Counted from the stretch's first letter, positions 16,616 through 28,310 are shown. The stretch: DNA of 32,000 nucleotides from Candidatus Jordarchaeales archaeon (GCA_038858525.1 JAWCFL010000017.1:8502-40501); one strand, 5' to 3'. A program made the numbers and translations. The notes: generated by a model not told the origin, from the sequence alone.

Positions 16616-17319
16616 TGAGGAAACTCTTTTCCGTGGTTATCCCAACATATAATGAAGAGAAGTATCTCCCTCATTGCCTGAAATCTCTCCTCTCTCAAAC
16701 AATTCCAAGAGAGAGCTACGAAATAATAATAGTTGACGGTTACAGTGAGGATAAAACGGTTAAGTTAGCTGAAGGAGTGGTTAACAAGATTATCGTGGCT
16801 GAGAGGAAGGGTCCGGGCAATGCCAGGAACATAGGTAGCAAAATGGCGAAGGGGAGAATTCTTCTCTTTCTCGACGCTGACACAATTATTACTCCCAACT
16901 TTATGGAAAAAGTCTATGATAGTTTTGTCCCGGGAGTGGTGGGAGGAACATGTGACATATACCCGCTAGAAGCAGACCCGCGCGCTATTTCCCTCTACAA
17001 GCTGATAAATCGACTATACAGGCTCCTCTACATTGCAGGTTTCCCTCACGCTCAGACAAAATGCTGTTTTTACCTTCGCAGAGCATTCCTAGATGCTGGA
17101 GGTTTCAACGAGAACTTAAAAGTGGCAGAGGACCAGGAGCTTGCTTGGCGCATGTCTAAGAAGGGAAGAATGGTATACGTCAATGGAGTTGCGGCTTACT
17201 CTTCTATGAGGCGGGAAAAGGCTAAAGGCTACGCTGCAACGGTCAAAGACTGGGTTAAAAATTACTTAATGGTGGCTCTTATGGGGCGCTCTCAAGACCT
17301 CTGGGAACCCATAAGGTGA
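16615..17319 (+). CDS. Family 2 glycosyltransferase
   Basis: FSVVIPTYNEE, IIVDGYSED, ARNIG, FLDADT, GGFNE..AEDQEL. Start reassigned to the ATG overlapping the upstream TGA (TGATG). Confidence 0.9.
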   Translation: MRKLFSVVIPTYNEEKYLPHCLKSLLSQTIPRESYEIIIVDGYSEDKTVKLAEGVVNKIIVAERKGPGNARNIGSKMAKGRILLFLDADTIITPNFMEKVYDSFVPGVVGGTCDIYPLEADPRAISLYKLINRLYRLLYIAGFPHAQTKCCFYLRRAFLDAGGFNENLKVAEDQELAWRMSKKGRMVYVNGVAAYSSMRREKAKGYAATVKDWVKNYLMVALMGRSQDLWEPIR

Positions 17320-17346
17320 AAAAAGTAAAAAAATGGTGGCGTCCAG

Positions 17347-17940
17347 TTGAGCATTATTGACATGCACGTTCACACTGAATTCTCGCCCTGCTCTAGGGTA
17401 AAACTCATAGAATCACTCTCAAAGGCGGCGCAGCTAGGTGTTGGTCTTGCAATTACAGATCACGATACAATCAAAGGAGCCCTAAAAGCTAAGTCTTTTT
17501 CCCAAAAGTATGAAGTAAAAATCTTTATTGGATGCGAAGTCTCAACCAAGGACGGACAAGTCTTGGCGTATGGCATAATGGAGGAAATTCCGCCATACTT
17601 GCCGGCGGAGCAAACCATAGAACTCATACATGAACAGGGCGCCGTAGCGGTCGCATCGCACCCCTTCCGCAACGATAGAGAGAGCCTCTTTGAGAAAACC
17701 TACTTTCTTCCCTTGGACGGAATTGAAGTGCTAAACCTGGCGGGTGGCGGGGTCAGCAAGGATGCAAGAGAAGTAGCAGTGAGAAGAGGGCTAGCTCAGA
17801 CTGGTGGAAGCGACGCCCATACACTAAATCTCGTCGGCGAAGCTGGAACAAAATTTCCTTATCAACCCGAATCCGAAGAAGACCTGATAAAACTAATAAA
17901 AAGAAAGGAGTGCACGCCCGTAAAATTTACTCGCCGCTAG
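17347..17940 (+). CDS. PHP-family metal-dependent phosphoesterase
   Basis: DMHVHT, AITDHD, GCEVST, ASHPFR, GGSDAH. Confidence 0.9.
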   Translation: MSIIDMHVHTEFSPCSRVKLIESLSKAAQLGVGLAITDHDTIKGALKAKSFSQKYEVKIFIGCEVSTKDGQVLAYGIMEEIPPYLPAEQTIELIHEQGAVAVASHPFRNDRESLFEKTYFLPLDGIEVLNLAGGGVSKDAREVAVRRGLAQTGGSDAHTLNLVGEAGTKFPYQPESEEDLIKLIKRKECTPVKFTRR

Positions 17941-17946
17941 AACACG

Positions 17947-19592
<1,646 letters not shown>

Positions 19593-19655
19593 CTCGCTTT
19601 GATGCCTGGAAGCAAACTTTTAATTGTTCGTCCCTCCACTTTTCTTATTTGAGGT

Positions 19656-20153
19656 GTGAAAATGAGTTTCCTGCTTAGCCTGAGAGGGATTATAAGCTTC
19701 ATCGTTGGCATATCCTTCATTTTCGGAATAGTTTACTTCGTAGCACTTGGACACACCCTAGCCGACTTAAAAACAGTTCTCCTTGGCTTCCAGGTTAGCC
19801 CATGGGTCGGATGGAGCTTCCTATCCCCCTCCATGAGTGCTTCGGTTGCAGACTACCTGATAAGACCTCACACGCTTGCGACAGCCTCGCCTCCGGCTCA
19901 AACTTATGTTCCCATAGCAGCCCTCGCCCTCGGCGGCTTCGTGACAGGCCTCATAAGAAAACATCCGCTTAACTCTGTCTTCATAGGATTCACCTTCGCA
20001 ATAATAATAATTATTGCCTATGGCATCTCGCTCCTTCTTAACCCGTTCAGCATCATACCTGGTATTCTCGGACTATCACTCAGCGATATAGTTCTCCTAT
20101 TCGTGATACCGTCCGCCACAGGCTTCGTCGGCAGCTTACTCACAGTAATATAG
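19656..20153 (+). CDS. Hypothetical integral membrane protein (about 4 TM helices)
   Basis: GAGGTG SD; hydrophobic segments throughout. Confidence 0.7.
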   Translation: MKMSFLLSLRGIISFIVGISFIFGIVYFVALGHTLADLKTVLLGFQVSPWVGWSFLSPSMSASVADYLIRPHTLATASPPAQTYVPIAALALGGFVTGLIRKHPLNSVFIGFTFAIIIIIAYGISLLLNPFSIIPGILGLSLSDIVLLFVIPSATGFVGSLLTVI

Positions 20154-20166
20154 CAAAGCAAACTCC

Positions 20167-20214
20167 TCAGCAGGCTACATTTACGTTATCGCTTTTTATA
20201 TTCCTCTTCATCAT
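20167..20214 (-). ncRNA. Candidate box C/D sRNA
   Basis: Minus strand: ATGATGA (20214-20208) ... CTGA (20170-20167), 48 nt, intergenic, flanked by GCAAA/TTTGC. Internal C'/D' boxes are poor. Confidence 0.25.
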
Positions 20215-20574
20215 TTGCCAAACCGTCAATGTTTGACCGACCACTCCCACTTACGTTGATATTTTTGCTAGCGGATCTCGCCAACAACTAAAGGACATGC
20301 CATAAAAGTTTCAGAACTCTTCCAGACGTCAACTCATTTACTCTCTTATGTTACGCCTCAAAAAGCTTGACGCGCTTTGTGCTTAAACATTCTGCAATGG
20401 AAGCCGCATTAAACGCTAAAAAAGGTAATTACTCGTAAATTGCTGTCAAACCCCAAATCAACCATATCTTCGCGTAGAACATTTTCCTTCCTGAATTGCA
20501 ATCCTCTTTAACCATGACGTTTTTAAGCGAGAATGAATTTTTATTTGTTCAAATTTTGAAGGGAGGATGGAAGC

Positions 20575-21447
20575 GTGGTGACATTAAAGGATCTGCTTGT
20601 CCTTATAGTGGTTTACGTTTACGTGTTCGCCGTGATAGGGATTGGCGAAGGTCTAAGGAGGTGGAGAGGACTAAAGCCCGAATTTACAAGGAAAATGATA
20701 CATTTCTTCGCCGGCGACGCGATCCTCTTCTGTCCTCTCTTTGACACGCCCCAGTTAATTCCTATAGTACCATTAACCTTGGGTATTCTGATCTTCTTCA
20801 CCACACCAAGAAGTCCAATTGGGAGTCTAAGGTCAATGTTCAATGTTATGGCTAGGGAAGAAGACTATGCCACAGGACACATTTATGGACCGTTCTACTA
20901 CATTGTCTCGGTAGGAGTGATAGTTGCCGCCTTCGCGTTGCCTTTAGGTGCAGCATACTGGCCGCTTTTTACTCTCGGCGCTTTTGCGCTCTTCTCAATG
21001 TTTTATGGTGATGGCTTAGCGGCGATAGTCGGTGCTCGCTGGGGAAAACACAAATACACCATTAGGGGGAACACTAGAAGCCTAGAAGGCTCACTAACAG
21101 TGCTTGTAATGTCTATTGTTTCAGCAGTCATAACGTTCACATACTACTCTTACTTTGGCTTCTGGCCCAGCTTAGGACTAATATACCCCCGACTATTAAC
21201 AGCTGTGCTTTTTAATTTCCCGGTCACTTTACTACTTTTCGTTGCACTTTTATCCACACCCATATACACTGGACTAGTGGCAATCGTCGTCACAGGCTCT
21301 CTACTTGCTTCCATTATAGAAGCGCTTTCCCCCCGCGGATTAGACAACATCACACTTCCCATAGCATTGACTCTCATCTTTGTCGTGCTGGCGTACTTCG
21401 TAGCACCATGGTACTTCACCCTGCTCCAACTTCCTTCGCTTTTCTAA
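20575..21447 (+). CDS. CTP-dependent polyprenol kinase (dolichol/phytol kinase family)
   Basis: TRKMIHF, GDGLAAIVGARWGKH, RSLEGS, IEALSPRGLDNITLP; polytopic membrane protein. Confidence 0.85.
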   Translation: MVTLKDLLVLIVVYVYVFAVIGIGEGLRRWRGLKPEFTRKMIHFFAGDAILFCPLFDTPQLIPIVPLTLGILIFFTTPRSPIGSLRSMFNVMAREEDYATGHIYGPFYYIVSVGVIVAAFALPLGAAYWPLFTLGAFALFSMFYGDGLAAIVGARWGKHKYTIRGNTRSLEGSLTVLVMSIVSAVITFTYYSYFGFWPSLGLIYPRLLTAVLFNFPVTLLLFVALLSTPIYTGLVAIVVTGSLLASIIEALSPRGLDNITLPIALTLIFVVLAYFVAPWYFTLLQLPSLF

Positions 21448-22427
21448 GAGAAGTAGAGTTCGTAGCTTCTTTCTTCTCTCTCCTCTTTTTTAGCTGGTGC
21501 TATTCCAAGTCTCTCTTTCAGTTCCCGATTCTCCTTCTTGAGGCTTTCAACTTGGCTTCTAAGCTCAAGCATGGTGTCTTCTATAGTCTTAACGGTGCGT
21601 TCAATGGCTTTACTCCTCCACTCATCTTTCTCTCTGGTTAACTCCTGCAACTGCTCTTCGTACCTTCTACGCATCGCTCTTAACGCCTCTAGAAGCCTTT
21701 CAGTTCTCTGTTTTAGAGCGTTGTTTTCCTCTAGGAGGCTTTGGTAAGCTGTAACATCCGCTCCACGCCTTAATTCGTCAACTTGTCTTCTTAACTCCTT
21801 ATTTTCCTCCCTCAAAGCCTCCAGCTCTCTCATTAAGCTTGTATGTTCCCCTTCCAATGGTTCTAGGAAAAATGCACTTTTACCTCTCATGTCTTTAAGC
21901 TCCTCCCTGAGCCTTCTGTTTTCCTCCTCAAGTCTTCTAGCTTTCTCTTTAAGTTCCAGAACTTTACGTATAAGTGGCGGTTCCTCTTGAGACTGCTCAA
22001 AGAGTTCAAATCCTCCTACTTCCTGGCATTCTCTTGAAAAGAACTCTACAAGTTTTTCAACAGAACCCGCCATCCTCCTAAGTTCCTCTTGGCTCACGTG
22101 GAGCGCCCTAGCAGCGCTCAGCTCACTCGACGACAAAACGTTATAATATCTCGTTGCGTCTTCAAGTGCTTTATCTCTAAGCTCCATGAAGCTCCTTGAA
22201 GACAAGCCAGCTGCTTCTGCTTCACTACACGCTCTCTTAATCGCGTCTATCATTTTTTCTGTCTTAGCTACCGCTAACTTTCGTTGTTCAACAGCCCCAA
22301 CCTCACTGCTAAGAGCCCTGTCGACGTTTGCCTCCTTAATAAGCCAATCCAGTGTCTCCCTTATCTCGGATATACAATCTTCAATACACTGCTCACTAAG
22401 ACCAACTTTTTCAGACATACCTTTCAC
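21444..22427 (-). CDS. Hypothetical long coiled-coil protein
   Basis: Heptads over residues about 153-307 with four L-x-[EK]-E-N-x-x-L repeats; 4-bp overlap with pyrK stop. Confidence 0.75.
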   Translation of the reverse strand: MKGMSEKVGLSEQCIEDCISEIRETLDWLIKEANVDRALSSEVGAVEQRKLAVAKTEKMIDAIKRACSEAEAAGLSSRSFMELRDKALEDATRYYNVLSSSELSAARALHVSQEELRRMAGSVEKLVEFFSRECQEVGGFELFEQSQEEPPLIRKVLELKEKARRLEEENRRLREELKDMRGKSAFFLEPLEGEHTSLMRELEALREENKELRRQVDELRRGADVTAYQSLLEENNALKQRTERLLEALRAMRRRYEEQLQELTREKDEWRSKAIERTVKTIEDTMLELRSQVESLKKENRELKERLGIAPAKKEEREERSYELYFS

Positions 22428-23239
22428 CTCTCAATCTTTTCCTTGCATCCACATGCATCCCTTCTAAAGACACCAAACTCGTCCAAAACAGTTCTAAGCA
22501 TGCTCCCATCAAAAACCGGTCCATCCCTACATACCAAATGCTGACCTAAACTACATGAGCCACATAACCCTACACCGCACTTCATATATCTCTCTAAAGC
22601 AACCTGCACCCCTACCCCCACCTCCTCAGCTGCACGGAAAACCTTTAACAGCATCCCCTCCGGGCCACAAGCGTAAACCTGGTCATAACTCTTCTCCCTG
22701 ATCAGCTTCTCGGCGAAGTCTCCCGCCATCCCCTTAAAACCAGCACTTCCATCCTCTGTTAGAACAGCCACCTCGGACGCAAATTTGGTCAATCTCTCAA
22801 CGGAGACCAGTGCACCTCTTGTTCTAGCTCCAACTACGGCATGCACCTCAACTTCTTCCCTCCAAGCGTCCTCAACGAGAGGAAGAAGAGGCGCCACTCC
22901 AACACCGCCACCAACCACAAGGATCTTTCCCTCCCTCAACATGAAGCCTCTCCCTAACGGTCCCCTAATTCCTAACATGTCTCCTTCCTTCACTTTGAAA
23001 AGCGCCTCGGTAGCCTCTCCAACCCTCCTGAACGTTATTCCCGGCGGCGTCCTACTGGAAATGCTCATAGGGACTTCGTCCACTCCCGGAATCCATACCA
23101 TGAGAAACTGGCCGGGAATTGCCGTTGCAACATTTTCATCAGCGCTGAAGAAGACTGTTTTGACAGTGGGTGTTTCAGCGACAACCTTCTCAACTCGCTT
23201 CAACCTAGGCCTTTGAACCGCTCTATCTATGGGCAGCAC
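22424..23239 (-). CDS. pyrK: Dihydroorotate dehydrogenase electron-transfer subunit
   Basis: PGQFLMVW, PMSIS, GIRGPLGRGF, GGGVGVAP, ACGPEGM, MKCGVGLCGSC...CRDGPVF. GTG at 23239 follows GGAGGTG. Confidence 0.92.
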   Translation of the reverse strand: MLPIDRAVQRPRLKRVEKVVAETPTVKTVFFSADENVATAIPGQFLMVWIPGVDEVPMSISSRTPPGITFRRVGEATEALFKVKEGDMLGIRGPLGRGFMLREGKILVVGGGVGVAPLLPLVEDAWREEVEVHAVVGARTRGALVSVERLTKFASEVAVLTEDGSAGFKGMAGDFAEKLIREKSYDQVYACGPEGMLLKVFRAAEEVGVGVQVALERYMKCGVGLCGSCSLGQHLVCRDGPVFDGSMLRTVLDEFGVFRRDACGCKEKIER

Positions 23240-24125
23240 CCACCACCTCCCTAATATCCCTAAAGCCCTTCCTCTCAAGATACGACCTTATTCCGTCAAC
23301 CACTTCCTTAAACACATTGAACCCCCTGGTGAGGGCGGTTGCGACCTGGACAGCTGACGCCCCAGCCAAAATGTGTTCCACAGCATCCTCCCAGCTGAAT
23401 ATTCCTCCTACCCCTATAACCGGTATTTTTAACGTCTCGTAAAGTTCGTAGACGCATCTGACTGCTATCGGCTTTATTGCTACCCCTGATAACCCACCAA
23501 ACCTATTCGAGAGTATAGGGCGGCAAGCCTCCACGTCTATAACCATCGCCCTAACAGTGTTTATCGCCGTAACAGCGTCCGCCCCAGCATCCTCCGCAGC
23601 CTTCCCCACTTCAACTATGCTCGTGACGTTCGAGCTAAGCTTTACAAAGACAGGAACACCAACTTTCCTCTTCACTGCCTCGACGACCTGACCAACAATC
23701 CTAGGGCTCCTCTCCAGAACCCCTACCTCGGCATGAGGACATGAAACGTTGAGCTCCACGGCATCTCCTCCAGCATCCTCCGCTTTCTCAGCTACCATGG
23801 CGAACTCTTCAGGCGAGCTCCCAAAGACGCTAACAACAACGGGAACTCCCCCCTTCTTGGCAATTCTTATTTCCTCAGCGAACTCATCTATCCCCGGGTT
23901 GGGTAGCCCCATACAGTTCACGTAGCTCCCCGGTGCCACCTCAACTATTGTCGGGTTACCATACCCCGTCCTCCTCTCGAGGCCAACAGATTTCGTAACA
24001 ACAGCCCCCGCTCCAGCCTCAGCCGCTCTTACCAGAAGCTTCCCGGTTACTCCAATGACGCCTGACGCAAGCATGACCGGGTTCCTCAGCCTTAAACCAC
24101 TTACTTCTACTTCAAGATTCACCAT
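23223..24125 (-). CDS. pyrD: Dihydroorotate dehydrogenase family 1B catalytic subunit
   Basis: NPVMLASG, VTKS, GLPNPG, ELNVSCPH, VKLS, INT, GGLSG..IKP, GVGGI. ATG at 24125 preferred over 24173. Confidence 0.95.
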   Translation of the reverse strand: MVNLEVEVSGLRLRNPVMLASGVIGVTGKLLVRAAEAGAGAVVTKSVGLERRTGYGNPTIVEVAPGSYVNCMGLPNPGIDEFAEEIRIAKKGGVPVVVSVFGSSPEEFAMVAEKAEDAGGDAVELNVSCPHAEVGVLERSPRIVGQVVEAVKRKVGVPVFVKLSSNVTSIVEVGKAAEDAGADAVTAINTVRAMVIDVEACRPILSNRFGGLSGVAIKPIAVRCVYELYETLKIPVIGVGGIFSWEDAVEHILAGASAVQVATALTRGFNVFKEVVDGIRSYLERKGFRDIREVVGAAHR

Positions 24126-24323
24126 TACTCTTCCCGCCTCTTTCAACACGAGCAAGCACCAGAATAAGAGCAAGACACCATCCAGGTTTATAAGCTTCGT
24201 ATTTTGAGCATATTCCCACTTTCACCATCGCGCCGGGGAAGCTAGGCTCCGGTTTTGGCTGTTCTCCTCAAAAAGGAATCTTTTTAAAAGTTTTAAGCTT
24301 GGATTTTAAGGTGAGGGGTTACC

Positions 24324-25520
24324 TTGAACGTTTATCTTGTCAGTTGCGTCTCAGCCGTCTTCGCTCTAGACGAATCTGGAAATGTTCTGGGGTTCTCCTT
24401 CATGCCGGCTGAAGCCGAGAGCATAGCTGACCGCCTTTACTTTCTTCAGAAAGGGGAGCCCATACCCGAGCTGAAGGAGGTAGTCGAGTCACTGGGCAAG
24501 GATAACACGTTTATAGTTGAGGATAGGCATGTTGGGGAAGCTTTGAAAAGCAGCCTCAAAGTCAACGTGAGAGTTGAAAGGGGCAACGGCGTAGCCCGCC
24601 TCTTCAGATCGCGCCTCCTTGAATACCTTGAAAAAGCTGGCATTATGATGTCGGAAAATGACTTAAAGGAGTTAACCCGCCGCGTCTCTTCTATTCTGAC
24701 CAGAAGGAAGGTTAGGGAAGTTGGTAGCAGAAGGGACGAACTCCTAATACAGGCAGTATACTGCTTGGACGACGTCGAGGAAGTTCTAAACCTCTTTTCC
24801 ATAAGAGTTAGAGAGTGGTATAGCCTGAATTTCCCCGAGCTAACCCGCTTACTCCAATCCCACCTGTCATTCGTAAGAATAGTGTGCGAACTTGGACCCA
24901 AAGAGGAGGTCACAAGAAACGCCCTCTCCGTCAACCTTAATCTTCCATCAGAAACTGCTGAAAGCATAATGAGCGAGGCAGCTAGGTCGATGGGCGCCCC
25001 AATTTTAGGCGAGGACTTCGCTCCTCTAAAGGAGCTCGCCTCGATAACCCTGAGCCTCTTCAAATTCAGAGAGACGCTAAGAAGCTACATTGCAGATGTA
25101 ATGCAGGAAATTGCCCCAAACCTCACCTCCATAGTTGGTCCACTGGTGGGCGCCCGCCTCATATACTTGGCTGGTGGCCTCGAGAAGCTGGCTCGCCTTC
25201 CAGCATCCAAAATACAGGTTCTAGGAGCTGAGAAAGCCCTCTTCCGTAGCCTGACCATTGGAACTCCTCCACCTAAGCACGGCGTCCTTTTCAGGCACCC
25301 CGAGGTGAGTGGATCTCCTTGGTGGCAGAGAGGTAAAGTGGCAAGGGTTCTAGCCAACAAGATCGCGGTTGCAGTCCGTGCCGACGTATACACCGGAAAC
25401 TACATAGGTGACGAGCTTCAAAGGGATCTGGAAAAGAGAATCAAGGAGATAAGGGAGAGATTTCCTTCACCACCAGCTGAAAAGCCTAAGCGTCCTAAGC
25501 CCGTAAAGAAGAGGAGGTAA
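24324..25520 (+). CDS. nop5: Box C/D sRNP protein Nop5 (Nop56/58)
   Basis: REWYSLNFPEL, APNLTSIVGPLVGARLI..AGGLEKLARLPASKIQVLGAEKALF, PKHG, RGKVAR. Confidence 0.95.
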   Translation: MNVYLVSCVSAVFALDESGNVLGFSFMPAEAESIADRLYFLQKGEPIPELKEVVESLGKDNTFIVEDRHVGEALKSSLKVNVRVERGNGVARLFRSRLLEYLEKAGIMMSENDLKELTRRVSSILTRRKVREVGSRRDELLIQAVYCLDDVEEVLNLFSIRVREWYSLNFPELTRLLQSHLSFVRIVCELGPKEEVTRNALSVNLNLPSETAESIMSEAARSMGAPILGEDFAPLKELASITLSLFKFRETLRSYIADVMQEIAPNLTSIVGPLVGARLIYLAGGLEKLARLPASKIQVLGAEKALFRSLTIGTPPPKHGVLFRHPEVSGSPWWQRGKVARVLANKIAVAVRADVYTGNYIGDELQRDLEKRIKEIRERFPSPPAEKPKRPKPVKKRR

Positions 25521-25521
25521 A

Positions 25522-26220
25522 ATGTCGGAGAAAAAGCCACCCATAGTTAAGCCCCACTCCCATGAAGGCGTCTACTTCGTCATCCTGGGGGGAAAAAGGC
25601 GTCTTGCCACGAAGAATATTTCTCCCGGCTTCAAGGTGTACGGCGAAGACCTAGTAGAATATAAAGGCGAAGAATACCGCCTCTGGGACCCGAATAGAAG
25701 TAAACTGGCGGCAGCCATACTCAAGAATCTCGAAAAGGTTCCTATAAAATCCGGCTACAAAGTCTTATACCTTGGAGCCGCGACAGGCACCACGCCAAGC
25801 CACGTTGCAGACTTGGTGGAGAAGAACGGAGTGGTCTTCTGCGTCGAGTTTGCTCCGCGGGCGATGAGAGAACTCGTAATCGTGTGCGAGAAGAAAGGAA
25901 ACATGGTCCCAGTTATGGCCGACGCCAGATATCCCGAAAAGTACTCTATGATAGTTGATGAAGTTGACACAATTTACTGTGACGTGGCACAACCTGAGCA
26001 AGCGAAGCTTCTAGCTGACAATGCTGATATGTTCCTCAAGAATGGAGGGTGGATTCTCCTAGCTATAAAGGCGAGAAGCATAGACGTAACTAAGAAGCCG
26101 TCGGAGGTTTACAGGAAAGAGGTCTCAGTATTGGAGGACAGGGGGTTTACCGTCAGGCAGACGATCAGCTTGGAACCATTTGACCGTGCGCACTCCATGG
26201 TTCTCGCAAAGTACTCGTAG
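25522..26220 (+). CDS. flpA: Fibrillarin-like rRNA/tRNA 2'-O-methyltransferase
   Basis: VYGE..YRLWDPNRSKLAAAI, VLYLGAATGTTPSHVAD, VEFAPR, DARYPEKY, DVAQP. Confidence 0.97.
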   Translation: MSEKKPPIVKPHSHEGVYFVILGGKRRLATKNISPGFKVYGEDLVEYKGEEYRLWDPNRSKLAAAILKNLEKVPIKSGYKVLYLGAATGTTPSHVADLVEKNGVVFCVEFAPRAMRELVIVCEKKGNMVPVMADARYPEKYSMIVDEVDTIYCDVAQPEQAKLLADNADMFLKNGGWILLAIKARSIDVTKKPSEVYRKEVSVLEDRGFTVRQTISLEPFDRAHSMVLAKYS

Positions 26221-26230
26221 GAGAGAATGA

Positions 26231-26680
26231 ATGTTGCTCTTCGACCGCTTTATTAATGCTCTTTGGAAATCTGAGCTTCAGAAGCTCAACGACCATCTGC
26301 CTAAAGAGTATAAGTCTCTCGCGCAGCTTCTGAGAGAGGACGACCCCAGCGTTCCAACGATTGGTGGAGATAAAATAGTCATGCTCAGGAAAGATTTAGA
26401 ATTCGTCGCCAGCATTGTCCCGGAAAAGTACCATGATAAACTTCGCCTTCCCCTTATCTTCATCAGGAGAATAGACATGGGGGAAGGTGTCTATACGGTA
26501 GGCGGTGGATTACCTGAGAGGCTTCTCGTCTCCTCCCTCCTAAAGGAGAGGCCTGTCTTCTTGGAGAATGAGGAGGACGCCTTAGAATACATTTACAGGC
26601 CCCAGCTCTGGCACATTAAGAAGGTTGTTAGGAGCTTGGTTGTAGTCGGCTTCTTTATGCCAAAAATAGAGGGGCTTTAA
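26231..26680 (+). CDS. DUF61 (UPF0216) family protein
   Basis: LNDHLP..KSL..LL.E..P and LRLP match the recalled family pattern; follows flpA. Confidence 0.7.
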   Translation: MLLFDRFINALWKSELQKLNDHLPKEYKSLAQLLREDDPSVPTIGGDKIVMLRKDLEFVASIVPEKYHDKLRLPLIFIRRIDMGEGVYTVGGGLPERLLVSSLLKERPVFLENEEDALEYIYRPQLWHIKKVVRSLVVVGFFMPKIEGL

Positions 26681-26681
26681 G

Positions 26682-27521
26682 TTACCTTCCGAACCTTCTT
26701 TCCCTTTTCTGGTAATCTCTCACAGCGCGTAACAAGTCGATCTTTCTTATCTCAGGCCAGTAGATGTCACAGAAGTAAAGTTCAGAGTAAGCTGACTGCC
26801 AGAGCAGGAACCCGGACAGCCTCTCCTCTCCCGAAGTTCTTATTATAAGGTCCGGGTCAGGCATCCCCGCCGTGTAGAGATGCTCCTCGATCACTTTTTC
26901 ATCTATGTCGTCCACTCTCAGCTGACCACTAGCAACCTTCTGAGCTATTTTCTTTACGGCATCAACTATTTCTGCCCGCCCACCATAACCTATGGCAACG
27001 TTAAGAAAATACCTATCGTAATCTTTTGTCGCCTCTTCAGCCTTCCTTATCGCCTCCCTCACCCTCTCAGGAAGCAGGTCCAACTTACCTATGGCTTTAA
27101 CTCTAACCTTGTACTTGTGGATCTTCCAGTTCTCTATAACCTCGTAGAATTTTTCCTCGGCAAGCTTCATTATCTCTTCAACTTCAACTCGGGGGCGGTT
27201 AAAGTTCTCCGTTGAGAAAGCGTACAACGTAACCACTCTGACTCCTATTTCCCAACACCACTCCAGAAACTCTTTAACCTTCTCCGCCCCATACTTGTGC
27301 CCTATCCAGCTTTCAAGACCAAGGGATCGAGCATACCTCCTGTTGCCGTCAAGTATGACTGCAAGGTGCGTAGGCTTTACGCCTCCCCTTACCTGTTGCA
27401 TCAAAGCCTTCTCATACACGTAATATGCCGCCTCAAGCAACTTGCTGACAAGCGGCAGACTCAAGAAAGGCACATTACGCCAATTATTAATGAAAAATCT
27501 AGGCGTCCTAACTTTACCCAT
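26682..27521 (-). CDS. uppS: cis-prenyltransferase (polyprenyl diphosphate synthase)
   Basis: HLAVILDGNRRYA, LYAFSTENFNRP, GYGGRAEI, PDPDLIIRTSGEERLSGFLLWQSAYSEL. ATG at 27521 follows GGAGGA. Confidence 0.95.
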   Translation of the reverse strand: MGKVRTPRFFINNWRNVPFLSLPLVSKLLEAAYYVYEKALMQQVRGGVKPTHLAVILDGNRRYARSLGLESWIGHKYGAEKVKEFLEWCWEIGVRVVTLYAFSTENFNRPRVEVEEIMKLAEEKFYEVIENWKIHKYKVRVKAIGKLDLLPERVREAIRKAEEATKDYDRYFLNVAIGYGGRAEIVDAVKKIAQKVASGQLRVDDIDEKVIEEHLYTAGMPDPDLIIRTSGEERLSGFLLWQSAYSELYFCDIYWPEIRKIDLLRAVRDYQKRERRFGR

Positions 27522-27656
27522 TAAAACTCCTCCGAAAGAGGAACAACATAATAAGACCAAACATTCAAAAATAAAACTTTCTTTAGAAGCATTCGCGTGG
27601 ATTCAGTTCTCAGTTAGCGAACCATATACATTTAACTATTTCCCATTATTTTTCTA

Positions 27657-28310
27657 TTGGTGGTTCAAGTGGAAACCGCGGGGTCATGGAGAACGAAGAA
27701 GGCGCATTTGACTGAACAGGCATGTGAACTCCTGTTTCACGTGTCCGCCTTAAAGTTCGGCTCATTTAAACTAACTTCCGGTAAGTCATCACCTTTCTAC
27801 ATCGATTTGAGAATCGTTCCGTCATACCCTGAAGTTTTCGATAAAATAACTGATATGTATGTGCTACTGATCAAGAATGAAGCTGATGAGTTTGACAGGG
27901 TTGCCGGAGTGCCGACGGCAGGACTACCAATAGCGACGCTGGTAAGTTACAAGCTGAGAGCTCCCCTCCTTTACGTTAGGAAAACCGCCAAAAATCATGG
28001 GACGCAACGTGCAGTAGAAGGGGTTCTTAACGACAAAGACCGGGTTCTGCTTATTGATGACCTTGCAACGACTGGCTCAAGCCTTCTAGATGCAGCTCGA
28101 GCAATAAGGTCTCAGGGAGGAATAGTAGCGCACGCAGTAGTACTAATTGATAGAGAGCAAGGTTGCGTCAGCAATCTTTCAAGCAATGGTATAAAACTCC
28201 ACTACCTTATGAAGGTCTCACAGCTCCTCGAAACACTCTACAGAAAGGGGCTAATAACGCATTCAGAATATCAGAGCTCCATAGAATATATTAAACATGA
28301 GCAAATCTAA
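27657..28310 (+). CDS. pyrE: Orotate phosphoribosyltransferase
   Basis: FKLTSGKSSPFYIDLR, YVRK..K.HG, PRPP loop VLLIDDLATTGSS. Confidence 0.95.
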   Translation: MVVQVETAGSWRTKKAHLTEQACELLFHVSALKFGSFKLTSGKSSPFYIDLRIVPSYPEVFDKITDMYVLLIKNEADEFDRVAGVPTAGLPIATLVSYKLRAPLLYVRKTAKNHGTQRAVEGVLNDKDRVLLIDDLATTGSSLLDAARAIRSQGGIVAHAVVLIDREQGCVSNLSSNGIKLHYLMKVSQLLETLYRKGLITHSEYQSSIEYIKHEQI

